From: Clostridia bacterium
Lineage (GTDB): Bacteria > Bacillota > Clostridia > Oscillospirales > SIG627
DNA length: 29,085 nucleotides
Assembly: GCA_017408325.1 (NCBI GenBank)
Contig: JAFQUW010000075.1
Coordinates: forward strand, 1 to 29,085
Direction: 5' to 3'
A program made the translations under genes and the position numbers. This document shows positions 9,102 through 16,792 of the stretch, piece after piece (within the stretch, counting starts at the first letter, position 1; every line of letters begins with the position of its first letter). The notes under the pieces were generated by a model that was given only the letters and a program-made list of their open reading frames with translations, made no database searches and was not told the DNA's origin.

Positions 9102-9129
9102 AAAAAGCACCGCAGTTGCGGTTCTTTTT
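9102..9129 (+). terminator. Intrinsic terminator after the lipoprotein genes
   Basis: AAAAAGCACCGC-AGTT-GCGGTTCTTTTT hairpin with a T tract. Confidence 0.6.
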
Positions 9130-9188
9130 GGCTTTATCCGCGGTCTTTTTCAAGAGAAAAAAGCCCGGCAGAAGCATCACTCCGTATC

Positions 9189-9307
9189 CCGCAAAACGCC
9201 CCCACGGTATACGGGCGCGTTTTGTGCCGAAGGCTTCCCCTTTGCCCGTCTCGCCTCGGCTTTCTTCTTTGTTTCTTTCTTCTTTCTCCCGAAAGAAGAA
9301 AGAAAAG
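9189..9307. repeat. Left copy of a composite palindromic (REP/BIME-like) repeat
   Basis: 9189-9230 matches 10869-10910 at 41/42 nt, followed by CTCGGCTTT and the hairpin TTTCTTTCTTCTTTC-TCCC-GAAAGAAGAAAGAAA. Confidence 0.8.
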
Positions 9308-9334
9308 CCCCCCGTCGCTCAAGGCAACGAGGGG
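9300..9334 (-). terminator. Intrinsic terminator of the XRE gene
   Basis: Minus strand CCCCTCGTTGC-CTTGA-GCGACGGGGGG (with G-U pairs) followed by CTTTTCTT. Confidence 0.55.
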
Positions 9335-9351
9335 TCGTGAATGCAAATGCT

Positions 9352-9558
9352 TTAGTTTTTCTTGTCGGTCCTGCCAAGGATATAGTCCGTAGTTACTTTA
9401 TGAAAATCGGCAAGCTTCAAGAGAATTTCCGTTGGGATATCCAACACGCCGCGCTCATAATCGGAATAAACGCGCTGACTGCAGGAAAGTGCGTGTCCCA
9501 TCTGTGCCTGTGTCAAATCTCGATCTTCGCGCAGATCACGAATTCGTTTGTAAACCAT
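9352..9558 (-). CDS. Small XRE-family helix-turn-helix transcriptional regulator (68 aa)
   Basis: RIRDLREDRDLTQAQMG...SQRVYSDYERG...LLKLADFHKVTTDYILG, a canonical HTH_3 pattern. AGGTGG RBS. Confidence 0.92.
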   Translation of the reverse strand: MVYKRIRDLREDRDLTQAQMGHALSCSQRVYSDYERGVLDIPTEILLKLADFHKVTTDYILGRTDKKN

Positions 9559-9613
9559 GAAACCACCTATACCATATCATCTGCCAAAAACAACTGTGGT
9601 ATACAGTATAGCG

Positions 9614-9659
9614 TAGCGGAAAATCCGCTATTGACTTTTAGTGTAAAATCCGCTAAAGT
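9614..9659 (+). promoter_or_regulatory. sigma70-type promoter overlapped by two 17-bp palindromic operators
   Basis: O1 TAGCGGA-AAA-TCCGCTA (9614-9630, perfect 7-bp arms); -35 TTGACT (9631-9636); O2 TAGTGTA-AAA-TCCGCTA (9639-9655); -10 TAAAGT (9654-9659); 17-bp spacer. Confidence 0.75.
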
Positions 9660-9684
9660 ATAAATGCTCCCCTGTTTCAGGGTC

Positions 9685-9924
9685 GGCGAACGCCTGACGC
9701 GACAAAAGCGTGAAACGGCAAACGCCCGGTGCGGCGAACGCTTAACTCGGCGAACGCGTGAAACGGCAAACGCCCGATGCGGCGAACGCTTAACTCGGCG
9801 AACGCGTGAAACGGCAAACGCCCGATGTGGCGAACGCTTAACTCGGCGAACGCGTGAAACGGCAAACGCCCGGTGCGGCGAACGTTTGACTCGACGAAAG
9901 CCTAACTTGACGAACCCGCGACAA
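9685..9924. repeat. Tandem array of 15 x 16-bp units in a 48-bp (A-B-C) higher-order repeat
   Basis: A GGCGAACGCTTAACTC, B GGCGAACGCGTGAAAC, C GGCAAACGCCCG(A/G)TGC. Four full triplets start at 9685, 9733, 9781 and 9829; three degenerate units follow from 9877. Confidence 0.95.
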
Positions 9925-9945
9925 GAGGGGCAAATTTTTGAGCGT

Positions 9946-9968
9946 GTTTAGCGGATTTTCCGCTAAAC
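9946..9968. promoter_or_regulatory. Distal operator O3 / 23-bp palindrome
   Basis: GTTTAGCGGA-TTT-TCCGCTAAAC; its core 9949-9965 is the exact reverse complement of O1. Confidence 0.75.
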
Positions 9969-9995
9969 GCAACAACCGATGATACAGAGAAAGGC

Positions 9996-10082
9996 ATGGC
10001 TGTTATGAGCACTTTGATTAAAACGATCGAGGCTCTCGCAAACGTTCGAAAAGCACCTGCCGGTATCTGTGATGAGGAGTAA
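9996..10082 (+). CDS. Possible 28-aa small ORF (MAVMSTLIKTIEALANVRKAPAGICDEE)
   Basis: Open frame after AGAAAGG (better spaced for the second ATG at 10005); ends 6 nt before the next gene. No homology evidence. Confidence 0.2.
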   Translation: MAVMSTLIKTIEALANVRKAPAGICDEE

Positions 10083-10088
10083 ATCATT

Positions 10089-10817
10089 ATGAAAAAGCCC
10101 CTTTCTTTTGTTCTTGCTGTCTGTGTTTTTGTCGCGTTTTTTGCCTCAGTCTTTTGTCTGTCGGCTCACGAAGCCGTAAAAAACAACGGGATCTATTATT
10201 ACATCGTTTCATACGGCAAAGCAACCATTACCGATACAGTGAACGAAGCTCTCGGCGATTATGTTGTTCCGTCTACCATCGGGGGATATCCGGTAATCGC
10301 CATAAAGGATAACGTTTTCTACAACGATCTACGACTAACGGCAATTGTCATTTCAAATAATGTAACCACCATCGGAAAGAACGCTTTTTCCGGCTGTGTT
10401 CAACTGTCTTCAGCTACAATAGGAGAAGACGTCACGACCATTGGGGAAGGCGCTTTTTACGGTTGTTGCAACTTAACATCGATTGTTCTCCCCGCAAGCG
10501 TATCAGACATTGGCAAAAAGGCGTTTAGCAAGTGTGCCGAAAATTTTATCATTTATGGGTATTACAACAGCTTTGCCAGAACCTATGCAGAAGCCAACGG
10601 CTATCAATTTGAGGCACTCGACAAACTGATCGGAGACCTTGACCAGAGTGGAGACGTCTCTATCAACGACATAACGCTTTTAGCTAAATATATTTCCGGT
10701 TGGGACACGGAAATTGATGCCGCCTGGGCTGACTGCGATGGAGACACAAAAATCTCGCTCAACGATTTAACCTTTTTGACTCGATCTGTCGCCGGCTGGG
10801 CTGTCTCTTCCGAATAA
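10089..10817 (+). CDS. Secreted BspA-type leucine-rich repeat protein with a C-terminal type I dockerin
   Basis: Signal peptide; VTTIGKNAFSGC, VTTIGEGAFYGC, VSDIGKKAFSKC repeats; duplicated Ca-loop GDLDQSGDVSINDITLLAKYI...ADCDGDTKISLNDLTFLTRSV. Confidence 0.88.
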   Translation: MKKPLSFVLAVCVFVAFFASVFCLSAHEAVKNNGIYYYIVSYGKATITDTVNEALGDYVVPSTIGGYPVIAIKDNVFYNDLRLTAIVISNNVTTIGKNAFSGCVQLSSATIGEDVTTIGEGAFYGCCNLTSIVLPASVSDIGKKAFSKCAENFIIYGYYNSFARTYAEANGYQFEALDKLIGDLDQSGDVSINDITLLAKYISGWDTEIDAAWADCDGDTKISLNDLTFLTRSVAGWAVSSE

Positions 10818-10868
10818 TCAAATTTCACAAGCTGTCATACAAGCGTATAAACATCGAACAAACATAAG

Positions 10869-11202
10869 CCGCAAAACGCGCCCACGGTATACGGGCGCGT
10901 TTTGTGCCGATGGCCCGCTCTTCCTGTTCCCCGCTCGGCTTTTCTTTTGCTCCTTTCTTTTCTCGAAAAGAAGGGGAAAACCAAAACCGAGCCCGCGGTT
11001 TGGGCTCGGTTTTCTGCTGACGTAGTCTATTTCTTTTTCTCGCCTCGGCTTTTCTTTTGCTCCTTTTCTTTTCTCGAAAAGAAAAGGAGAGAAAAACCGC
11101 AAACGGAGCCCGTCGTTTGGGCTCCGGTTGTGTGTGACGTTGCCGTTTGCTTTTTTTAGTATAGCTTTTCTTTGCTTCTTTCTTTTCGCGAAAAGAAAGA
11201 AG
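10869..11202. repeat. Right cluster of composite palindromic (REP/BIME-like) repeats
   Basis: 42-bp hairpin copy (10869-10910), two ~110-bp units (CTCGGCTTTT at 10934 and 11044) each with a TTCTTTTC-nn-GAAAAGAA hairpin and a GAGCCC/GGGCTC hairpin, then a third TTCTTTTC hairpin (11175-11202). Confidence 0.85.
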
Positions 11203-11209
11203 GAAAAAA

Positions 11210-11238
11210 TTGACTCTTACTTTTGTGTGTGTTATAAT
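11210..11238 (+). promoter_or_regulatory. Strong sigma70/sigmaA promoter for the dnaD-dnaC-metG-tatD run
   Basis: TTGACT-17bp-TATAAT with an extended TG. Confidence 0.85.
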
Positions 11239-11293
11239 AACTATGATTTTGGATCGAGGCTTTTTTCAAAGCCCGAGAAACGATGGAGGACGC

Positions 11294-12217
11294 ATGCGCT
11301 ACGAGATTTCTGACAAACTGTTCGGCGACTCGTTTGCCGTCCCCCGAGTCTGCGAGGACTACCTTGCGGAGGCGGGGGAGGTCGAACTGCGCGTGCTGTT
11401 GTTTGCCGCGAGTCGCGCCTCGTTTGAAGACGGAGAACTGGTGGCGGCTCTTTCGGATTTCGAGGAGAGCGAAGTGCGTGAGGCACTCGCCTTCTGGCGC
11501 GGCGCGGGGCTTTTTTCCAAGAAGCGCGGCGTGAAAAAGGCGGCGAAACACGAGACGGAGAAACCGACGGAGACCCCCGAGGTAAAGATCGTCTCCTCGC
11601 GCCCGAACTATACGTCTTTTGATCTTGCAAACGCGGTGGAACAACAGCCCGATTTCAAGAGCCTCGTCGACTATGCCGAAGGGCGACTTGAGAAGATGCT
11701 CAACCGCGCGGATCTCTCGCTTTTGTATTCTTTTGTGGACTATCTCGCCTTGCCCGTCGACGTGGTGATGCTCGGCATCGAGGCCTGCGTCAAGGAGGGC
11801 AAGAAGAGCCTGCGCTACATCGAGAAACTGCTCATCGCGCTCGTCGACGACGGGATCACGAGTTACGAGGATGCGGACGCATATTTTGTCCGCCGCGCCG
11901 AATACTTGTCCTATGAAGGACGCGTGCGCACGATGTGCGGTTTCGGGAGCCGTGCGCTCACCGCGGCGGAGAAAAAACTCATCACCGCCTGGAAGGACGA
12001 ACACAAGTATACCGAGGAGGAACTGGTCGCGGCGTATGAAAAGATGATCGCCGCCATCAACAAGCCCTCGATCTCTTATATGAATAAGGTGCTCCACACC
12101 CTGCGCAGTGCCCCTGCCGCGGCGACGGAAGACACCCATAAGACCTACGACACCGAGAGCCGCTTTTCCCGCGCCGTCTCTCGCAAGAAGAAAACGAAAA
12201 CGGAGGAAGCCGAATGA
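11294..12217 (+). CDS. DnaD/DnaB-domain replication protein
   Basis: N-terminal winged-helix-like part (EVREALAFWRGAGL) and DnaD-like domains (EGKKSLRYIEKLLIALVDDGITSYEDA; KPSISYMNKVL). Start reassigned to ATG 11294 after GGAGG; 307 aa. Confidence 0.85.
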   Translation: MRYEISDKLFGDSFAVPRVCEDYLAEAGEVELRVLLFAASRASFEDGELVAALSDFEESEVREALAFWRGAGLFSKKRGVKKAAKHETEKPTETPEVKIVSSRPNYTSFDLANAVEQQPDFKSLVDYAEGRLEKMLNRADLSLLYSFVDYLALPVDVVMLGIEACVKEGKKSLRYIEKLLIALVDDGITSYEDADAYFVRRAEYLSYEGRVRTMCGFGSRALTAAEKKLITAWKDEHKYTEEELVAAYEKMIAAINKPSISYMNKVLHTLRSAPAAATEDTHKTYDTESRFSRAVSRKKKTKTEEAE

Positions 12218-13152
12218 CCGAAAAGCACGCCGCCGCGCGCGGTGAGATCGCGCGCCGCTTCGAGGAAAAACGAACTCGTGCGGAGTCTGCCGCCGAAGCA
12301 CGCCGCGCCGCGCTCAAAGCGAAGGATCCCGCGTTTTCCGCCATTTGCGACGAGAAGGAAAGCTATCTGGAGAAGATCCTGCTCGCCTTCACCCGTGACG
12401 CCGAAAGCGCACGGGAGGAGCTTTCGACCCTGCGCGCTTCGCACGCCGAACTGCGTGAGAGGGAAGCGGAGTATCTGAAAAAGCAGGGTCTTTCCGCAGA
12501 CTACCTCTTGCCGCACTACGAGTGCGAGGTCTGCGGCGACCGCGGTTACGTCGACGGACGAATGTGCGCGTGCATGCGCGGAGAACTCAACCGCTTTCTC
12601 GCACGCGAGAGCGGACTGTTTTCGCTGTTTGAAAAACAGACGTTTGAGAGCTTTTCGACGGACGGCCTGTCCGAAAAGATGCGTGAGAACTTTGACTTCT
12701 GCCGTGAATACGCCGCAGAGTTCGACCCGAGGACGAGCACGAATCTGCTTTTCGTCGGCGGAACGGGCGTCGGCAAGACCCATCTGTCCAGCGCGATCGG
12801 ACGCGCCGTACTGGAAAAAGGCTACGGCGTGGTCTACGAGGGGGCGATGACCGCCCTTTCGGCAATGGAGATGGAGCGTTACGCCGAGGAAAAGCCGCAG
12901 TCCGCGCGACTGATGGAGGCGGATCTGTTGATCCTCGACGACCTCGGAACCGAGCTTCCGGGCAAGGGGACGGTGAGTTTTCTCTACCTGCTCATCAACG
13001 CCAGACTCATTGCAAACCGCCCCACGATCATTTCCACCAACCTTTCCGCGCGTGAACTGGAAACGCGCTACGAATCCCGTCTCTTCTCCCGACTGACGGG
13101 TGAATACGAGGTTTTGCTGTTCGACGGCGAGGATCGCCGCGGACGAGAATAA
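12214..13152 (+). CDS. DnaC/DnaI-like AAA+ helicase loader
   Basis: Zn motif CEVCGDRGY...CAC, Walker A GGTGVGKTHLS, Walker B LLILDDLGTE, TIISTNLS, RLFSRL. ATGA overlap with the DnaD gene. Confidence 0.88.
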   Translation: MTEKHAAARGEIARRFEEKRTRAESAAEARRAALKAKDPAFSAICDEKESYLEKILLAFTRDAESAREELSTLRASHAELREREAEYLKKQGLSADYLLPHYECEVCGDRGYVDGRMCACMRGELNRFLARESGLFSLFEKQTFESFSTDGLSEKMRENFDFCREYAAEFDPRTSTNLLFVGGTGVGKTHLSSAIGRAVLEKGYGVVYEGAMTALSAMEMERYAEEKPQSARLMEADLLILDDLGTELPGKGTVSFLYLLINARLIANRPTIISTNLSARELETRYESRLFSRLTGEYEVLLFDGEDRRGRE

Positions 13153-13169
13153 AGACGAGGAAGAACACT

Positions 13170-14753
13170 ATGAACGAGAAATTTTACATCACGACGGCAA
13201 TCGCCTATACTTCCAAAAAACCGCATATCGGCAATACCTACGAGGCGATCTTCACCGATACCATCGCGCGCTATCAGCGCCTTTTGGGAAAAGACGTCTA
13301 CTTTTTGACGGGTACCGACGAGCACGGACTGAAGATCCAGCAGGAGGCTGAAAAAGCCGGGATCACCCCCCAGGAGCACGTCGACCGCGTCGCGGGCGAG
13401 GTGCGCGCCATCTGGGACCTCATGAACGTGTCCTACGACCAGTTCATCCGCACCACGGATGAAAAGCACGAGAAATGCGTGCAGGATATCTTCCAAAAGC
13501 TCTACGATCAGGGCGATATTTATAAGAGCGAGTACAAGGGCAAGTATTGCACCCCCTGCGAAGCCTTCTTTACCGAGGCGCAGATCACCGAGGACGGCAA
13601 ATGCCCCGACTGCGGAGCGGATCTCACGGACGCCTGCGAGGAGTCCTATTTCTTCCGTATGTCGAAGTATCAGGATCGCCTGATGGCGTACATTGAGGAG
13701 CATCCGGACTTCATCACCCCCGAAGCGCGTAAGAAGGAGATGGTCAACAACTTCTTAAAGCCCGGACTCTCCGACCTCTGCGTCTCCCGCTCCACCTTCA
13801 AGTGGGGCGTGCCCGTCTCCTTTGATGACAAGCACGTCATCTACGTCTGGATCGACGCGCTCTCCAACTACATCACCGCCCTCGACTATTCGGCAAACGG
13901 TGAAAGCGGAGAGCTTTACAAGAAGTATTGGCCTGCCGACGTGCACATCATCGGCAAGGACATCCTCCGCTTCCACACGATCTATTGGCCGATCATTTTG
14001 ATGGCGCTCGGCGAAGAGCTTCCCAAGCAGGTCTTCGGTCATCCGTGGCTGCTTTCGGGCGTCGATAAGATGTCCAAGTCCCGCGGCAACGTCATCTACG
14101 CCGACGAGCTTGCCGGCTACCTCTGCACCGATGCCGTGCGCTACTACCTCGTCAGCGAGATGCCGTACTTAAACGACGGCACCATCACGTATGAACTCGT
14201 CGTGCGCAAGTACAATGCAGAGCTTGTCAACAACCTCGGCAACCTCGTCAGCCGCACGATCGCCATGAACAAGAAGTACTTCGACGGCGTCGTCCCCGAG
14301 GTGAAGCAGTGGGAAGACTTGGATCTCGAACTGCGCCGCACGGCAGAAGAGACCGTCGCGACCGTCAAAGCCAATATGGACGAATACCGCGCCGCGGAAG
14401 CCGTCGACGCGATCTTTGACCTCTTGCACCGTGCAAACAAGTACATTGACGAGACGACTCCGTGGGCGCTTGCCAAGGACGAGAGCCAGCGTGACCGCCT
14501 CGCCGCCGTCATCGTCTCGCTTCTCTCGGTGATCCGACTTTCCGGCGTGCTGTTGAAGCCCTTCATTCCGGACGCGTCCGCGCGCATCCTCTCCGCCTTC
14601 GGCGGCGGAGGGGAGGACTTCGTCACGGGTCTTGCCTACGACGCCGTGACTGCGGGACAGGAGATCGTCGACTGCGGAATGCTCTTTGCGCGCGTCGACG
14701 AGGAGAAGCTTCTTGAGCGCATCGCCATCACCAACGAGCAGAAGAGAGCGTAA
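13170..14753 (+). CDS. metG: Methionine--tRNA ligase (short form without the C-terminal tRNA-binding domain)
   Basis: FYITTAIAY, HIGN, GTDEHG, CTPCEAF, YVWIDAL, GKDILRFH, KMSKS; 527 aa. Confidence 0.97.
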   Translation: MNEKFYITTAIAYTSKKPHIGNTYEAIFTDTIARYQRLLGKDVYFLTGTDEHGLKIQQEAEKAGITPQEHVDRVAGEVRAIWDLMNVSYDQFIRTTDEKHEKCVQDIFQKLYDQGDIYKSEYKGKYCTPCEAFFTEAQITEDGKCPDCGADLTDACEESYFFRMSKYQDRLMAYIEEHPDFITPEARKKEMVNNFLKPGLSDLCVSRSTFKWGVPVSFDDKHVIYVWIDALSNYITALDYSANGESGELYKKYWPADVHIIGKDILRFHTIYWPIILMALGEELPKQVFGHPWLLSGVDKMSKSRGNVIYADELAGYLCTDAVRYYLVSEMPYLNDGTITYELVVRKYNAELVNNLGNLVSRTIAMNKKYFDGVVPEVKQWEDLDLELRRTAEETVATVKANMDEYRAAEAVDAIFDLLHRANKYIDETTPWALAKDESQRDRLAAVIVSLLSVIRLSGVLLKPFIPDASARILSAFGGGGEDFVTGLAYDAVTAGQEIVDCGMLFARVDEEKLLERIAITNEQKRA

Positions 14754-15530
14754 ATGTTCGATACCCACGCGCACTACGACTCGTCGAAGTTTTCCGAGGA
14801 TCGGGCTGAGGTCATTCGTTCTCTTCCGCGCCCGACGGAGGACGACCCCGTCGGCGTGCGATACGCACTGACCTGTGGAGACAGTATGGAGAGCTCCCGA
14901 CGCGCCATCGCGCTGTCCGAGGAGTACGAATACCTCTTTGCCGCAGGCGGCGTGCATCCCCACGAGGCGGACGGCTTTTGTGACGCGGATCTTGAAACGC
15001 TCCGGATGTGGTATCTGAAAAAAAAGATCGTCGCCATCGGTGAGATCGGGCTGGACTATCACTACGACTTTTCTCCGCGCGACGTGCAAAAGCGCGTCTT
15101 CTCCGCCCAGCTTGCGCTGGCAAGAGAGCTTGGTGCTCCCGTCATCATCCACGACAGAGAGGCACACGCGGACGTGTTTGACGCGATCAAAGAAAGCGGT
15201 GTGTCCCGCGGCGTGATGCATTCCTATTCGGGCAGAGCTGAACTTGCGCGCGAGTATATGAAACTCGGCTTTTACATCTCGTTTTCCGGCTCGGTCACCT
15301 TCAAGAACGCCGCCGGGATTGTCGAGGCGGCAAAGAGTGTGCCGCCGGAGCGTCTTCTCATCGAGACCGACGCGCCGTACCTTGCCCCCGTGCCGCACCG
15401 CGGACGCCGAAACGACTCGCACCTGATGTATGCGACGGCGAAATTTTTGGCAGAACTCAAGGGAGTGCCGGTCGAAAATCTGATCTCGACCACGCGGGAG
15501 AATGCAAAATGTCTCTTTTCCGTCTTGTAA
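14754..15530 (+). CDS. tatD: TatD family DNase
   Basis: DTHAH, GVHPH, AIGEIGLDY, IIHDREAH, MHSYSG, ETDAPYLAP. Confidence 0.93.
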   Translation: MFDTHAHYDSSKFSEDRAEVIRSLPRPTEDDPVGVRYALTCGDSMESSRRAIALSEEYEYLFAAGGVHPHEADGFCDADLETLRMWYLKKKIVAIGEIGLDYHYDFSPRDVQKRVFSAQLALARELGAPVIIHDREAHADVFDAIKESGVSRGVMHSYSGRAELAREYMKLGFYISFSGSVTFKNAAGIVEAAKSVPPERLLIETDAPYLAPVPHRGRRNDSHLMYATAKFLAELKGVPVENLISTTRENAKCLFSVL

Positions 15531-15572
15531 ACGGGAAAAATTGTGCAGCCCGCCGAAAAATGAAAAAACCCC

Positions 15573-15601
15573 TTGTCTTTTTCCTGAATTTAGGATAGAA
15601 T
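15573..15601 (+). promoter_or_regulatory. gap promoter
   Basis: TTGTCT-17bp-TAGAAT. Confidence 0.7.
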
Positions 15602-15651
15602 AACAAGCGGTAAAAAATCACAACCCACACAAAAGAAAAAGGAGAATTATC

Positions 15652-16680
15652 ATGGCAGTTAAAGTTGCAATCAACGGATTCGGCCGCATCGGCCGTCTCG
15701 CTTTCCGTCAGATGTTCGATGCCGAGGGCTACGAAGTCGTCGCCATCAACGACCTGACCGATCCCAAGATGCTCGCGCACCTTCTCAAGTATGACACCGC
15801 TCAGGGTTCCTACCTCGGTTTCATCGGCGAAGGCCGCCACACCGTCGAAGCCACTGACGATTCCATCGTCGTCGACGGCAAGGAAATCAAGATCTACGCG
15901 ATCAAAGACGCTTCCGAGTGTCCCTGGGGAGAACTCGACGTCGACGTCGTGCTCGAATGCACCGGTTTCTACTGCTCCAAGGAGAAGTCCATGGCGCACA
16001 TCAACGCCGGCGCGAAGAAGGTCGTCATCTCCGCTCCCGCGGGCAACGATCTCAAGACCATCGTTTACTCCGTCAACGAAGGCACCCTGACCGCCGATGA
16101 CCAGATCATCTCCGCGGCCTCCTGCACCACCAACTGCCTCGCCCCGATGGCCGACACCCTCAACAAGGCGTTCCCCATCCAGAGCGGTATCATGACCACC
16201 GTTCACGCTTACACCGGCGACCAGATGATCCTGGACGGTCCGCACCGCAAGGGTGACCTCCGTCGTGCCCGTGCCGGCGCCCAGAACATCGTTCCCAACT
16301 CCACCGGCGCTGCCAAGGCCATCGGCCTCGTCATCCCCGAACTCAACGGCAAGCTCATCGGCGCCGCCCAGCGCGTTCCCGTGTGCACCGGTTCCACCAC
16401 CATCCTCATCGCCGTCGTCAAGGGCAAGGACGTCACCAAGGAAGCCATCAACGACGCCATGAAGGCCGCCGCTTCCGATTCCTTCGGCTACAACGAAGAC
16501 CAGATCGTCTCCTCCGACGTCATCGGCATGCGTTACGGCAGCCTCTTCGATGCCACCCAGACCATGGTCGCCAAGATCGACGACGACACCTATCAGGTTC
16601 AGGTCGTCTCCTGGTACGACAACGAGAACTCCTACACCTCCCAGATGGTCCGCACCATCAAGTATTTCGCGGAGATGTAA
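15652..16680 (+). CDS. gap: Type I glyceraldehyde-3-phosphate dehydrogenase
   Basis: [41 protein letters not shown]. Confidence 0.98.
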   Translation: MAVKVAINGFGRIGRLAFRQMFDAEGYEVVAINDLTDPKMLAHLLKYDTAQGSYLGFIGEGRHTVEATDDSIVVDGKEIKIYAIKDASECPWGELDVDVVLECTGFYCSKEKSMAHINAGAKKVVISAPAGNDLKTIVYSVNEGTLTADDQIISAASCTTNCLAPMADTLNKAFPIQSGIMTTVHAYTGDQMILDGPHRKGDLRRARAGAQNIVPNSTGAAKAIGLVIPELNGKLIGAAQRVPVCTGSTTILIAVVKGKDVTKEAINDAMKAAASDSFGYNEDQIVSSDVIGMRYGSLFDATQTMVAKIDDDTYQVQVVSWYDNENSYTSQMVRTIKYFAEM

Positions 16681-16703
16681 TCTCGGCTGAAAAAACAGCA
16701 TCC

Positions 16704-16736
16704 AAAAACGCCAAGGGATTTCCCTTGGCGTTTTTT
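16704..16736 (+). terminator. Intrinsic terminator after gap
   Basis: AAAAACGCCAAGGGA-TT-TCCCTTGGCGTTTTTT. Confidence 0.85.
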
Positions 16737-16739
16737 CTC

Positions 16740-16768
16740 TTGCTGAAATGGGAAAGGTTTGCTATAAT
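16740..16768 (+). promoter_or_regulatory. Promoter for the transglutaminase-like gene
   Basis: TTGCTG-17bp-TATAAT with an extended TG. Confidence 0.7.
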
Positions 16769-16792
16769 AAAAGAAAAAGGGAGGTGGGCTGT

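Noticed and set aside
9685-9924. Repeat array as a CRISPR array
   Set aside because: No unique spacers, the units are contiguous, and there are no cas genes.
9664-9951. 95-aa Arg-rich repeat ORF, and the antisense ORF 9677-9865
   Set aside because: No RBS, the ATG sits at or before the predicted TSS, and a 16-bp base period is not codon-friendly. A leaderless product cannot be fully excluded.
9631-10817. Type III toxin-antitoxin locus (promoter-repeats-hairpin-gene)
   Set aside because: The layout is similar, but the downstream gene is a secreted LRR-dockerin and not a ToxN/CptN/TenpN nuclease.
10818-11313. Short ORFs over the palindromic repeats (10818-11102, 10902-11159, 11128-11313; also 8881-9663 and 9050-9377)
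   Set aside because: Low-complexity F/K/R-rich translations of repeat DNA without an RBS.
12214-13152. IS21 IstB helper ATPase or prophage replication module
   Set aside because: No IstA transposase, terminal repeats or phage genes; it is paired with a DnaD-like gene and metG under a housekeeping promoter.
13153-13169. T-box riboswitch upstream of metG
   Set aside because: Only 17 bp are intergenic, so there is no leader.
13170-14753. MetG as truncated or pseudogene
   Set aside because: The short monomeric form is a known class; all catalytic motifs are intact and tatD follows directly.
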